The notes under the pieces: generated by a model
Told to the model about the DNA's origin: nothing
The model's input: only the letters and a program-made list of their open reading frames with translations
Databases searched by the model: none
Assembly: GCA_016192685.1 (NCBI GenBank)
Contig: JACPTS010000001.1
Span: 225,710 to 289,709, forward strand
From: Candidatus Harrisonbacteria bacterium
GTDB taxonomy: Bacteria; Patescibacteriota; Minisyncoccia; UBA6257; 02-FULL-45-10c
DNA length: 64,000 bases
Reading direction: 5' to 3'
Part shown: one piece after another, positions 46,261 through 55,281 of the stretch
Numbering within the stretch: position 1 is the first letter of the stretch
How the letters are laid out: every line of letters begins with the position of its first letter
Made by a program: the position numbers and the translations under genes

Positions 46261-47115
46261 TTATAATCTCTCAACCAAACTTTTAAAACCTAAGCCGTCA
46301 AAATATTTTTTGAGTTCTTCTTTGTCTAGCGTCTCTTGTTTTAAGTCGACCAATGTCAATTCTAATGACACATCACGTTTTATCATTGCCAATTTTTTAG
46401 AAAGAAAAGCGGATTCCCGTCCGGATTCCAATTTTTTCCGCAGAACTTCTTTTGGGATTAATCCGACCTCTTCATAAATTTTCTCAACACTTCCATATTC
46501 TTTAATTAAATCCGTAGCGCCTTTCGGGCCGATGCCGGTCACGCCCGGGATATTATCCGATGCGTCGCCTACCAATGCCTTATAATCCACCAACTGCTCC
46601 GGCGAAAAACCATATTGCTGTAAAAATAATGCCTTATCATAAGTGATTGTTTTGCTGACGCCGGTTTTTAAAAGTTCCACAAAAACTTTATCATCAACTA
46701 ATTGAAGATTATCTTTATCGCCGGAAAAGATTACCACTTTTACATCCGGCTCATTTTTGAATTTTTCGGCCAAAGTTCCAACAATGTCGTCTGCTTCAAA
46801 ACCGGCTTTTTCCACTACTTTAATCCCGAATTTTTGAAATGTTTCATGCGCTTCATGGAGCTGGGAAATCAATTCATTGGCAGTCGGCGGACGATGCGCT
46901 TTATATTCTTTAAACATTTCATCCCGAAAAGTCGGCTCTGGCCGGTCAAAAGCCGCTGCCACATAATCCGGCTGATGCTCCCGCAAAATTTTTAAAAGAA
47001 TACTAGAAAGCCCGTACACCGCGTTAATCGGCTCGCCTTTTGGAGTAGTCAACGGCGGAAGCGCGTGAAACGAACGGTGAATCAAAGAATTGGCGTCAAT
47101 TAAAAGTAGTTTCAT
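46261..47115 (-). CDS. 5'-3' exonuclease (N-terminal domain of split polA)
   Basis: LIDANSLIHRSFHALP, YKAHR, EADDIVGT, SGDKD, GDASDNIPGV.GIGPK. Confidence 0.93.
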   Translation of the reverse strand: MKLLLIDANSLIHRSFHALPPLTTPKGEPINAVYGLSSILLKILREHQPDYVAAAFDRPEPTFRDEMFKEYKAHRPPTANELISQLHEAHETFQKFGIKVVEKAGFEADDIVGTLAEKFKNEPDVKVVIFSGDKDNLQLVDDKVFVELLKTGVSKTITYDKALFLQQYGFSPEQLVDYKALVGDASDNIPGVTGIGPKGATDLIKEYGSVEKIYEEVGLIPKEVLRKKLESGRESAFLSKKLAMIKRDVSLELTLVDLKQETLDKEELKKYFDGLGFKSLVERL

Positions 47116-47118
47116 GTT

Positions 47119-47592
47119 TCAAGTTTTATGTTTTACTCTAATTATACGCTCTTTTTCATTTTTCCCATGCTCAAAATTTATCCAAATGGTGTTTTTTGGT
47201 AAAAGTTTTTTAATTCTTTCAGGCCATTCAATTAAAACTATTGCGTGCGGGTCTTGAAGAGTTTTTTTAAAACCTAAATCCAAAAGTTCTTTTGGTTTAT
47301 GAATCCTATATAAGTCTAAATGGTAGGCGTGGTGGTAATGGGGGCGATTTTTTTTAAGGGGAGTAGAAATTTCATATTTCCGGATAATTAAAAAAGTGGG
47401 GCTGGTAACGCGATGCTTTACCTCAAGCGCTTTCATAAATCCTTGGACAAAAGTGGTTTTGCCGGCGCCAAGATCACCATGTAACGCAATTATTGTAGCC
47501 CTTCGACTTTGCTCAGGGCGGCGCGCCTTTAATATTTTATTTACTAGGCGCGCCGCGAATTTTTGGGTTTGGGTTTTGGACTTACTAAGCAT
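47119..47592 (-). CDS. tsaE: tRNA threonylcarbamoyladenosine biosynthesis ATPase TsaE
   Basis: GDLGAGKTTF, VTSPTF, HLDLYR, IEWPE. Confidence 0.95.
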   Translation of the reverse strand: MLSKSKTQTQKFAARLVNKILKARRPEQSRRATIIALHGDLGAGKTTFVQGFMKALEVKHRVTSPTFLIIRKYEISTPLKKNRPHYHHAYHLDLYRIHKPKELLDLGFKKTLQDPHAIVLIEWPERIKKLLPKNTIWINFEHGKNEKERIIRVKHKT

Positions 47593-47599
47593 AAAGGTG

Positions 47600-47641
47600 G
47601 TTTATCCAGTTATCAAGCTCGAGCTTGATAACTGGATAAAC
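47600..47641. repeat. Perfect 42-bp palindrome, copy 3
   Basis: gtttatccagttatcaagctc|gagcttgataactggataaac. Confidence 0.95.
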
Positions 47642-47760
47642 TAAAATAATTTTATCTCTAGTTTTTTCTCCAGCTGCAAAATAATATACAAACCGAGCGC
47701 GGCTAAAATCACCGATACAAAAAAATCGGTAATAAGAAAATTATAAAAATCGGAACCCAT
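47641..47760 (-). CDS. 39-aa single-TM small protein (not in ORF track)
   Basis: MGSDFYNFLITDFFVSVILAALGLYIILQLEKKLEIKLF; ATG overlaps the upstream stop (TAATG). Confidence 0.5.
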   Translation of the reverse strand: MGSDFYNFLITDFFVSVILAALGLYIILQLEKKLEIKLF

Positions 47761-48083
47761 TAATATCTTAAATTGGCCAATTCTTCCAGTTGATCCAAAA
47801 ATTTATTAAGTTGGTCTTTTAATTGACCGTCGGGGTAACGGAGAGGCGGCCTAATCAGTTTTGGCTGTTTTTCGGGGCGACTATTCTGATAACCGGAATA
47901 AACTGAATAAATTTGCGCCGATAAATTATTGGCGCGCGCGGAAAACGCGGCAATTTGCGGCCCATGGTCAGAAATAAAAACTATCCCGACCAGAAACAGG
48001 CTGGCGGCCATGCTCAAAAATACTAAACCATTGGCGAATAATTCATGGAGGCCGTCAAATTTTAAATGGCTAATTTTTTTCAT
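47760..48083 (-). CDS. Hypothetical membrane-anchored protein
   Basis: One TM helix; start overlaps the ruvB stop. Confidence 0.65.
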   Translation of the reverse strand: MKKISHLKFDGLHELFANGLVFLSMAASLFLVGIVFISDHGPQIAAFSARANNLSAQIYSVYSGYQNSRPEKQPKLIRPPLRYPDGQLKDQLNKFLDQLEELANLRY

Positions 48084-49093
48084 TATAATAAACCGCCTTC
48101 TTCCGATGAACGGAATCCTAAATGCTTATAAGCCGCCGGGGTGACCAACCGGCCGGCTGGCGTACGATTAAGCATCCCAACAGTCATTAAATATGGCTCA
48201 TAAACTTCTTCAATAATTCCTTGGTCATCATTAAGCGCGGCGGCTAAAGTCTGAATGCCGACCGGCCCGCCATGGAATTTTTCAATAATAATTTTCAGAA
48301 GCTGGCGGTCGGTTGGTTCCAGCCCCAAATGGTCAATTTCCAGCATTTCCAGAGTGGCTTTAGCCGCCGCCTCGGAAACTTTTTCTAAATTATTAACGTC
48401 GGTATAATCACGGACCCGCCGCAAAAGCCGATTAGCCGCCCGCGGAGTAAACCGGGAAGCCGCGGCAATAACCGCCACTGCTCCGCTATCAATATTTAAT
48501 CCTAATAATTTAGCCGAGCGCCTGATAATCGCTTCAATGTCCGCAACCTCGTAATAATCCAGCTTAAAAGAAGCCCCGAAGCGGGAACGAAGCGGCCCGG
48601 AAAGCAAATTGGCGCGGGTAGTGGCGGCCACCAAAGTAAATGGCGGCAAATCTAAAGAAAGAGTGCGGGCACCCGGACCTTTCCCAACTATCAAGTGAAG
48701 TTTTCGGCTCTCCAGCGCTGGATAAAGCACTTCCTCAATTTGCCGGTTCAAGCGGTGCGCCTCGTCAATAAATAAAACTTCTCCTTTTTCCAGATTGCTT
48801 AAAATCGCCGCGAGGTCGCCCATTTTTTCCAGCGCCGGACCGGAAGTAACTTTAAATCCAGAACCCATTTCTTTGGCTACCAAGTGCGCGAGAGTGGTTT
48901 TCCCAAGGCCGGCCTGACCGTAAAACAAGAGGTGGTCGCACGGTTCGCCTCGTTTTTTAGCCGCATCCAAAATCACCCGTAAATTTCTTTTTACTTTTTC
49001 CTGGCCCACATAATCCGGCCAGCTGGTCGGCCGAAGCGCTAAGTCAATATGCTGGTCTTCCTCAACTTTTTTAATAATTTTTTTTAACTCCAT
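48083..49093 (-). CDS. ruvB: Holliday junction DNA helicase RuvB
   Basis: LRP, GQAGLGKTTLA, LFIDEAHRL, PLRSRFG, RTPAGR. Confidence 0.96.
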   Translation of the reverse strand: MELKKIIKKVEEDQHIDLALRPTSWPDYVGQEKVKRNLRVILDAAKKRGEPCDHLLFYGQAGLGKTTLAHLVAKEMGSGFKVTSGPALEKMGDLAAILSNLEKGEVLFIDEAHRLNRQIEEVLYPALESRKLHLIVGKGPGARTLSLDLPPFTLVAATTRANLLSGPLRSRFGASFKLDYYEVADIEAIIRRSAKLLGLNIDSGAVAVIAAASRFTPRAANRLLRRVRDYTDVNNLEKVSEAAAKATLEMLEIDHLGLEPTDRQLLKIIIEKFHGGPVGIQTLAAALNDDQGIIEEVYEPYLMTVGMLNRTPAGRLVTPAAYKHLGFRSSEEGGLL

Positions 49094-49097
49094 GCTA

Positions 49098-49126
49098 TTG
49101 ACAATGCTATTTTTTTATGCTATACT
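49098..49126 (+). promoter_or_regulatory. Near-consensus sigma70 promoter
   Basis: TTGACA (49098-49103), 17 nt spacer, TG.TATACT (49121-49126). Confidence 0.7.
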
Positions 49127-49132
49127 ATTAAT

Positions 49133-49403
49133 AATTGATAATTTTAAAAGCAGTTTGTTGGTTATATATTAACAGCGAACTCATTAGAAAGCTATTCTAT
49201 ATAGAAAGCTTTGTTCTGTGGGCGGGAATTGATTCTTGATCGGTGGCTTGGCTCAGGCGAGGCCACGCGTCAGAACAATTCTAACCTTTTTAAAATTTAT
49301 TTTAAAAAGTTCCACTTTTTCCCTTACGGGATATTTGCCCACAGAACAAAACTCTCTATCGCTTGTCTTATTGTCTACAAGAACCGGCATTCGCCGGCTC
49401 TTT
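49133..49403 (+). ncRNA. Candidate ~270-nt structured non-coding RNA (unassigned)
   Basis: Upstream promoter; 17-bp stem 49210-49226/49334-49350 enclosing three hairpins; terminal hairpin 49379-49403; no credible ORF. Confidence 0.45.
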
Positions 49404-49410
49404 CATATTA

Positions 49411-51078
49411 TTATAAATTGATCAGTCCGGTTAATTTCTCCACTTCCTCCAAGGTAGTAATGCCGCTGGCGACCTTTAATAATCCGTCCTGCTGCATAGT
49501 TACCATTCCTTCTTTAAGGGCAAACTCCTGAATTTCAATTTCGCCGGCTTGGACATTCATTAATTTCTCAATTTCTTTCGTCACTTGAAGAAGTTCATAA
49601 ATAGCTATCCTTCCCTGGTAGCCGGAATCACCGCATTTTTTGCAGCCCCTTGGTTTAAAAACCGTAATTTTCCCGTAATCTTTTTTTGCCACTCTTTCCG
49701 GCAGAGCTTTTACTAATTTTTCCAATCTGGATTTTATTTGTTCCGCCGATTTATCAATTGTTTTACAATTTTCGCAAAGCCGTTTTACCAAGCGCTGGGC
49801 AATAATTAAATTCAGCGCCGGGCCAATGCTGGTCGGCTTTACCCCAAGGTCAATCAGCCGAGGAATAGCTCCGGCGGCCTGATTGGCATGGACCGTGGAA
49901 AAAACCAGGTGGCCGGTCAGCGCCGCCTGAATCGCAATTTCCGCGGTTTCTTTGTCCCGCACCTCTCCGATTAAAATCACATCCGGATCCTGGCGCATCA
50001 GCGACTTTAAGCCGTTCGCAAAAGTATAGTTAGCTTCCGGATCCACTTGGGTCTGTTCAATGCCCTCAACATGATATTCAATTGGGTCTTCAATGGTGAT
50101 AATTTTTATGTCCGGAGAGCTTTTGTGCTTTAAAAAAGCGTAAAGAGTGGTGGTTTTGCCGGAACCGGTCGGGCCGGTATTTAAAATCATGCCGTTCGGC
50201 CGCTTTAATTCCGCCTCAATAATTTTTAAATCGTCTTGGCGGAGCCCCAAATCGGCCAGGCTTAAATTAATAGCGTCCGGGTCTAAAATTCTCATTACAA
50301 TCACTTCGCCGAATTCCGACGGCGCCACCGCCACCCGAATTTCAATTTCTTTTTTACCAAGGCCAATGGTAAAACGGCCGTCCTGAGCCTCATCCCGGAC
50401 ATTTAATTTAAGATTGGAAAGCAATTTTATCCTGGAAGCCAGATGGCTATAAATTACCGGCTTAAGCGTCTCCAAAACATCATGCAAGTCGCCGTCAATC
50501 CGATAACGGATTTTTACCGCGGTTCGCGCCGGCTCAAAATGGATATCGGAAGCGCGATTGGCTAAGGCGCCGGCTAAAATAATTTCTAAAATCTGGGCCG
50601 TCGGGAATTTCTTAAAATCAAAATTTTCTATTTCTTCTTTAATTATCCCAAGCTGAACCAATTTTTTAATTAAGCCTTCCACTCTTTCTTTATCAACATC
50701 AATCCGGCCGGTAATCGGGCCGGTTTTTTTAATTACGTATTTATAAAAAGTCCAGGCTCTATTGAGACTGGCCAGAGAAACTGTAAATATTTTTAATTTT
50801 AGTCCTTTTTTTTGAAGCTCTTCAATGATGGCTTTGGCCTTCGGAGCTTTGGGGTCAAAAGCAACGAGCACTGCCCGATCGCCTTTTTTTTCAATTGCCG
50901 CTACCTGGGCTTTCCTGGCTTTTTCTTCCGAAAGCAACTCCAAAGCGTCAGTCTCTATCGGCTGGGTTAACAAATTAAGGTAAGGCACGCCGGCTTTTAA
51001 GGCCCGCCGTTCAGCGTCCCGCTCTTCTGCTTCTTTCCTAGATTTCTCTAAAATCCCTTTTAAATTATCCTGAGCCAT
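49411..51078 (-). CDS. Type IV pilus / T2SS assembly ATPase (PilB/GspE family)
   Basis: RASDIHFEP, QDGRF, TGPTGSGKTTTLY, EDPIEY, RQDPDVILIGEVRD, TGHLVFSTVH, CxxC pairs. Confidence 0.92.
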   Translation of the reverse strand: MAQDNLKGILEKSRKEAEERDAERRALKAGVPYLNLLTQPIETDALELLSEEKARKAQVAAIEKKGDRAVLVAFDPKAPKAKAIIEELQKKGLKLKIFTVSLASLNRAWTFYKYVIKKTGPITGRIDVDKERVEGLIKKLVQLGIIKEEIENFDFKKFPTAQILEIILAGALANRASDIHFEPARTAVKIRYRIDGDLHDVLETLKPVIYSHLASRIKLLSNLKLNVRDEAQDGRFTIGLGKKEIEIRVAVAPSEFGEVIVMRILDPDAINLSLADLGLRQDDLKIIEAELKRPNGMILNTGPTGSGKTTTLYAFLKHKSSPDIKIITIEDPIEYHVEGIEQTQVDPEANYTFANGLKSLMRQDPDVILIGEVRDKETAEIAIQAALTGHLVFSTVHANQAAGAIPRLIDLGVKPTSIGPALNLIIAQRLVKRLCENCKTIDKSAEQIKSRLEKLVKALPERVAKKDYGKITVFKPRGCKKCGDSGYQGRIAIYELLQVTKEIEKLMNVQAGEIEIQEFALKEGMVTMQQDGLLKVASGITTLEEVEKLTGLINL

Positions 51079-51216
51079 TACTTACAAAATAGACTGCTTT
51101 ATTCCCCCAGACAAGTAAAAATGTGGATAGCCGGGAACGCGCCGAATCGCTTGACCACTATATTATAAATGGGTTAATCTAAACACTAGCATTTAAATTG
51201 ACAACTTAAATAAAGA

Positions 51217-52707
51217 ATGAAATCAAGTTTATTATTCATTTTGATGATGACCGGCGGCTATTCCTTTGCTATAGAAAAAAAGACCAAAGAATTGCCGTTT
51301 TATTTTCCAGAAGGAGTTGTTGTTTCCACCGATCCAGTACAACAAGTGATAGAAAATAGTCGTTATTTTAAAGCGACCAAAAGCCAGTTCCAATCTGACC
51401 GGAATGACACCAGTCCGCTTATCACCGGCAGTGACAGCCTAATTATTGAAACCGAAATTGAAAGCACCAGCGGCGCCTCCAATCGGGACAAGCCAACTAA
51501 AATGAAACTGGTTCTGGACCATTATGTTCGGATGCCGAACAACCGGATTCGGGTAACCTATTTAAATAAACAGTTTTATATCACGGAAGAGCAATTGCAA
51601 GCGGTAATCGCGGATCTGAAAGAAACCGTAATAACCGCCAGAGATAATATTTCCAGCTTTTGGAGCCCAGCCATTGACTTGGCCATTAAACATTGGGCGG
51701 CCAAATTAGCAATTCCGGAAAAAGAATTGTTAAAACTATTAAACCTTCCGGCTCCGGAAAAATCGGATATCACTATCCGGGAATTAAACGGGCTGCCAAG
51801 ACAGAGTCGGCTATCTGACTTTGTTCCTCGCGAACTTCATCTTGGCTATAATACAGAACTTCCCGGCGGCATCCTGGGAGTCACCTGGCTAAATGCGGGG
51901 GTAATTTATTACAATCCCGGCGCGAGAATCCGAGATTATCTGACCCAAAAACCAATGGTGTTAGAGCACGAAATGGTCCATGTCAATATTAATCTTCAGG
52001 AATTGCTTCTGGCGCAGGGATTTGACCCGGAAATAATGGCGAGCATTCCGGAAATGTTTTATCCGGAAAACCAGATTGAACTTCTTCATCACCCCTACAC
52101 CGCGGTAATTCGGGAATTAATCCACAATTATTTTGGCTTTGATTATATTCGGGCCCAAAAAGAAAGTTTTCTTTGGGATTACGAAGGCAGCCTGGAAATT
52201 GACGAAGAAAAATTCCGGGAAAATTCCAAAAGATGGCAGGAAATTAAAGCGGAACTGTTGCCATTTTTCCAAAAGAAAGTGGTGCCGGAATTTTATTCCA
52301 ATACCACTTGGTGGTCAGCCATGAATCAAAAACTCCAGGATAAAAATTCCGTCTTTCATATTGTGATGGCCGCCAATTACAACCTAACCAGATTGGGCGG
52401 AGAAAAAGAAACCCAACGCTGGCTGGAGACTAATGAAAATGAAATTCGGGAAATCGCCGAACGGGCTTATGAGCTAAGCGGAACCCCGCTGGAAAACACC
52501 CAACCGGCAAATAATCGGCTGTCGGCATTGCTTCTAAATGAATATCAGCGCCTGTTTACTGAAAAAGAGCAGGAAAAAATAAATATTTACTTCAACCGGC
52601 ATCCGGAAATGATTGAAAAACTGGTGGAAATGGAAATTCCGGAATTAATTAAATTTTTCCTCCGATTTAAAACTGACCCGGTAAAACCAGAGGAGGGCGT
52701 CCGATGA
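51217..52707 (+). CDS. Hypothetical secreted protein with an HExxH motif
   Basis: Signal-like N-terminus; LEHEMVH zincin-type motif. Confidence 0.6.
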   Translation: MKSSLLFILMMTGGYSFAIEKKTKELPFYFPEGVVVSTDPVQQVIENSRYFKATKSQFQSDRNDTSPLITGSDSLIIETEIESTSGASNRDKPTKMKLVLDHYVRMPNNRIRVTYLNKQFYITEEQLQAVIADLKETVITARDNISSFWSPAIDLAIKHWAAKLAIPEKELLKLLNLPAPEKSDITIRELNGLPRQSRLSDFVPRELHLGYNTELPGGILGVTWLNAGVIYYNPGARIRDYLTQKPMVLEHEMVHVNINLQELLLAQGFDPEIMASIPEMFYPENQIELLHHPYTAVIRELIHNYFGFDYIRAQKESFLWDYEGSLEIDEEKFRENSKRWQEIKAELLPFFQKKVVPEFYSNTTWWSAMNQKLQDKNSVFHIVMAANYNLTRLGGEKETQRWLETNENEIREIAERAYELSGTPLENTQPANNRLSALLLNEYQRLFTEKEQEKINIYFNRHPEMIEKLVEMEIPELIKFFLRFKTDPVKPEEGVR

Positions 52708-54242
52708 AAAGCAAAAACTTAAAATGGTTATTGTTTTTAACCATCGCCTTATCCGGCTGCGCCCATAATTATAAAAATAGCTTTTTGGAAGAGGCCAGAA
52801 AAAAAGGCTGGAGCGAAGGACAGCAAAAAACCGCCCTGGAACATTCCTATCGGCTATTGCTCTTAGAGAAAACCGGGGACGGCGATTACAAAATAAAATA
52901 TTCTGTCTTAACCGCCAAACAGGTAAGAGAAAAAATTGATGAGGCCCTGCTGGGCGTTGATCAGCTTTTAAGTTATAAAAATGAGTCTGATACTAAATTC
53001 GTTAGCCGCTTCGGGCTTAGAAAATCTCTGGAGCATTCCGAGCAGATATTTAAAGTTCAAAGAGACCGCCTGCGGGCGCATGAACTTTACGGCCAATTCT
53101 TAAGTTTAACTAGCGGAGTTCCGGCGGAATATTCTGAAAATCAAATAAGGGAAAAAATAACGGGCTATAATCAGCGAATTTTCATCAGCACTGATTTACC
53201 CAAAGCCTTTCCTTTTCAAATAGAATCAATTGAGTGGGCGAAAAGGCGCGGCGTCTTAAAAGAAATTGAACGCGGCCAATTGTCTCTTTATAGAAAGTTT
53301 GATCGTCAAGAACAAAACTTGGCTAATGCCGACGACCCCAATGACTTAATTTGGAAATCCAAATTAGTTGATTTGGAAATTACCAATTATAAAATTATGG
53401 AGGGTCCGGACGCGGAAAATCCAAAAACTAATTCTGGTAATTATTTAGAGGGCTATCGGATTGTAGGGGACAAAAAAGAAATTTTACCGGCCCTGCGGCT
53501 GTTCTATCCAAACGACGATAATCCGGGAGTGATGCTTTTAGACCTGGACAAAGAAGGCGAGGCGGGATTTGGCGTGCCGGATCTCATAGAACCAATGCAA
53601 GATAATTTAAACATTGAAGAATTATTGCAAGAAAATAATTTACTGGAATTGCTATTTAAGGAAAAGAAAGAGCAAAAACGCGTTCCTCCGAAAACTAAAG
53701 CCCTTTTTGTGGAAATCGCCAGAACCAAAGAAAGCTCCGCCGAACTTTGGGAAACGGCCCCGGATGAAAATGGCTGGCAAGTTCCCATAAAATACCAAAA
53801 TGAATTGAAAAATAATTATAACGTAAGTCTGGTTTTTGCTAAGCCGGAACGAAGCACTGATACGACTAACGGAATTTATAAACAAATAAAATATTTAAAG
53901 AAGGAATGGACGGCTGGACAATACCGCCTGCCATCAATTGGCCGGGTGGTGGAATATTATCAAATGAAACCACTCTACAATAAAAGAAATTTGGTACAAG
54001 CAGAAATAGATCAATTAAACGCTAAAAGGATATCGCTGGTATTTGAAGATGGCGGCGAAGATGGCGGCGTAATTGTTCCGCGGTCAAACAAATTCATTGA
54101 AAATTTGCCGATAATGATTGATTATACCGAAGGAAATAAACGATGGCGAATTAAAAAAGACGACCATAGCAAAGTTTTTAACAAGAGAAAAGAAATTTCT
54201 CGTTCTCTTGAGGAAAAAATCGGTAAGTCTGAAGAAGAGTAA
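52704..54242 (+). CDS. Hypothetical lipoprotein
   Basis: MKSKNLKWLLFLTIALSGC lipobox; SD ggagg; ATGA overlap with the upstream gene. Confidence 0.7.
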   Translation: MKSKNLKWLLFLTIALSGCAHNYKNSFLEEARKKGWSEGQQKTALEHSYRLLLLEKTGDGDYKIKYSVLTAKQVREKIDEALLGVDQLLSYKNESDTKFVSRFGLRKSLEHSEQIFKVQRDRLRAHELYGQFLSLTSGVPAEYSENQIREKITGYNQRIFISTDLPKAFPFQIESIEWAKRRGVLKEIERGQLSLYRKFDRQEQNLANADDPNDLIWKSKLVDLEITNYKIMEGPDAENPKTNSGNYLEGYRIVGDKKEILPALRLFYPNDDNPGVMLLDLDKEGEAGFGVPDLIEPMQDNLNIEELLQENNLLELLFKEKKEQKRVPPKTKALFVEIARTKESSAELWETAPDENGWQVPIKYQNELKNNYNVSLVFAKPERSTDTTNGIYKQIKYLKKEWTAGQYRLPSIGRVVEYYQMKPLYNKRNLVQAEIDQLNAKRISLVFEDGGEDGGVIVPRSNKFIENLPIMIDYTEGNKRWRIKKDDHSKVFNKRKEISRSLEEKIGKSEEE

Positions 54243-54325
54243 ATGGAATAAATTAAAATCTATCCGCGCCCCAGGCGCGGATTTTTTATTTTTTTTAGTG
54301 CTATAATATTAGCATCCATCTGCCT

Positions 54326-54577
54326 ATGTCGGGACATAATAAATGGTCGCAAATCAAAAACCAAAAAGGCGCGGCTGATAAAAAACGCGGCCAGCTTTTT
54401 TCCAAACTTTTAAAAGCTATTTCTGTTGCCGCTAAAAATGAGCCGAATCCCGATTTTAATCCTCGCCTTCGTTCCGCAATTGAAAAAGCTAAAGAAAATA
54501 ATGTTCCAAAAGAAAAAATAGAACGGGCAATCGCCCGGGCAGCCGAAGAAAAAAATTATGATAATACTAGGCATTGA
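54326..54577 (+). CDS. Truncated YebC/PmpR-family protein (N-terminal domain only)
   Basis: [11 protein letters not shown]...[23 protein letters not shown]; only 83 aa. Confidence 0.8.
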   Translation: MSGHNKWSQIKNQKGAADKKRGQLFSKLLKAISVAAKNEPNPDFNPRLRSAIEKAKENNVPKEKIERAIARAAEEKNYDNTRH

Positions 54578-55049
54578 CCCGGGCAGCATCAGAATCGGTT
54601 ATGGCCTAATCAAAACTAATGGCGGCCTTTCTGCTCTTGATTACGGCGTAATTGAAATTAAAAGGAAAAACGCGGCGGAATTAATTTTAAAAGCGGCGGA
54701 AGAAATTTCCAAACTGATAAAGAAATACCATCCCGATATGGCGGGAATTGAAAAAATCTATTTTTCCAAAAACGTAAAAACCGGCATTGAAGTTTCTCAA
54801 ACCCGCGGCGCGATTATTTTAGAAATAGCCAGGCAAAAAATTCCCATTAAAGAACTAAGCCCGTCGGAAATTAAATTAGCGGTTACCGGCTATGGCCTGG
54901 CGGACAAAAAAGCAGTGGCAAAAATGACCGCCCGCCTCCTTAGCTTAGAGAAAATAGAGGGATTTGATGACGCGAGCGATGCATTAGCTATTGCCATTGC
55001 CGCCAGCGCCACTAGAACCTATCTTAATAATACCCTTGACGAAAACTAA
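54558..55049 (+). CDS. ruvC: Crossover junction endodeoxyribonuclease RuvC
   Basis: [31 protein letters not shown]. Confidence 0.95.
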   Translation: MIILGIDPGSIRIGYGLIKTNGGLSALDYGVIEIKRKNAAELILKAAEEISKLIKKYHPDMAGIEKIYFSKNVKTGIEVSQTRGAIILEIARQKIPIKELSPSEIKLAVTGYGLADKKAVAKMTARLLSLEKIEGFDDASDALAIAIAASATRTYLNNTLDEN

Positions 55050-55128
55050 CTCTAATATATACTTGTTTTTAAATTAAAACGATAAACATTTTTAAAATTA
55101 AAGGTCGTATAATCAAATAATTTTTAAA

Positions 55129-55281
55129 ATGCCAAGAAAGAAAAAAAGTGGCGGCTGGAATGAGGGCGATGATAATGAAGTAAAAGATCCTGCCGAAGAA
55201 AAAACTTCGGAAGATGACGATTCCACTGCTGATTTATTAGAGGAAGAAGAGGACGAAAACGACGATGAAGAAGAATTCTAG
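55129..55281 (+). CDS. 50-aa highly acidic small protein (not in ORF track)
   Basis: MPRKKKSGGWNEGDDNEVKDPAEEKTSEDDDSTADLLEEEEDENDDEEEF; promoter-like TTGACG..TATACT upstream and hairpin aaactccacgga/tccgtggagttt downstream. Confidence 0.65.
   Translation: MPRKKKSGGWNEGDDNEVKDPAEEKTSEDDDSTADLLEEEEDENDDEEEF

Noticed and set aside
44136-47641. CRISPR array / CRISPR-Cas locus (repeats plus Cas2-like gene)
   Set aside because: The repeats are hundreds to thousands of bases apart with genes in between, not regular spacers; no cas1 or effector genes are present.
49211-49531. 106-aa and 61-aa ORFs in the ruvB-pilB gap
   Set aside because: TTG starts without SD, overlap with the convergent ATPase gene, no recognisable protein features; the RNA structure explains the region better.
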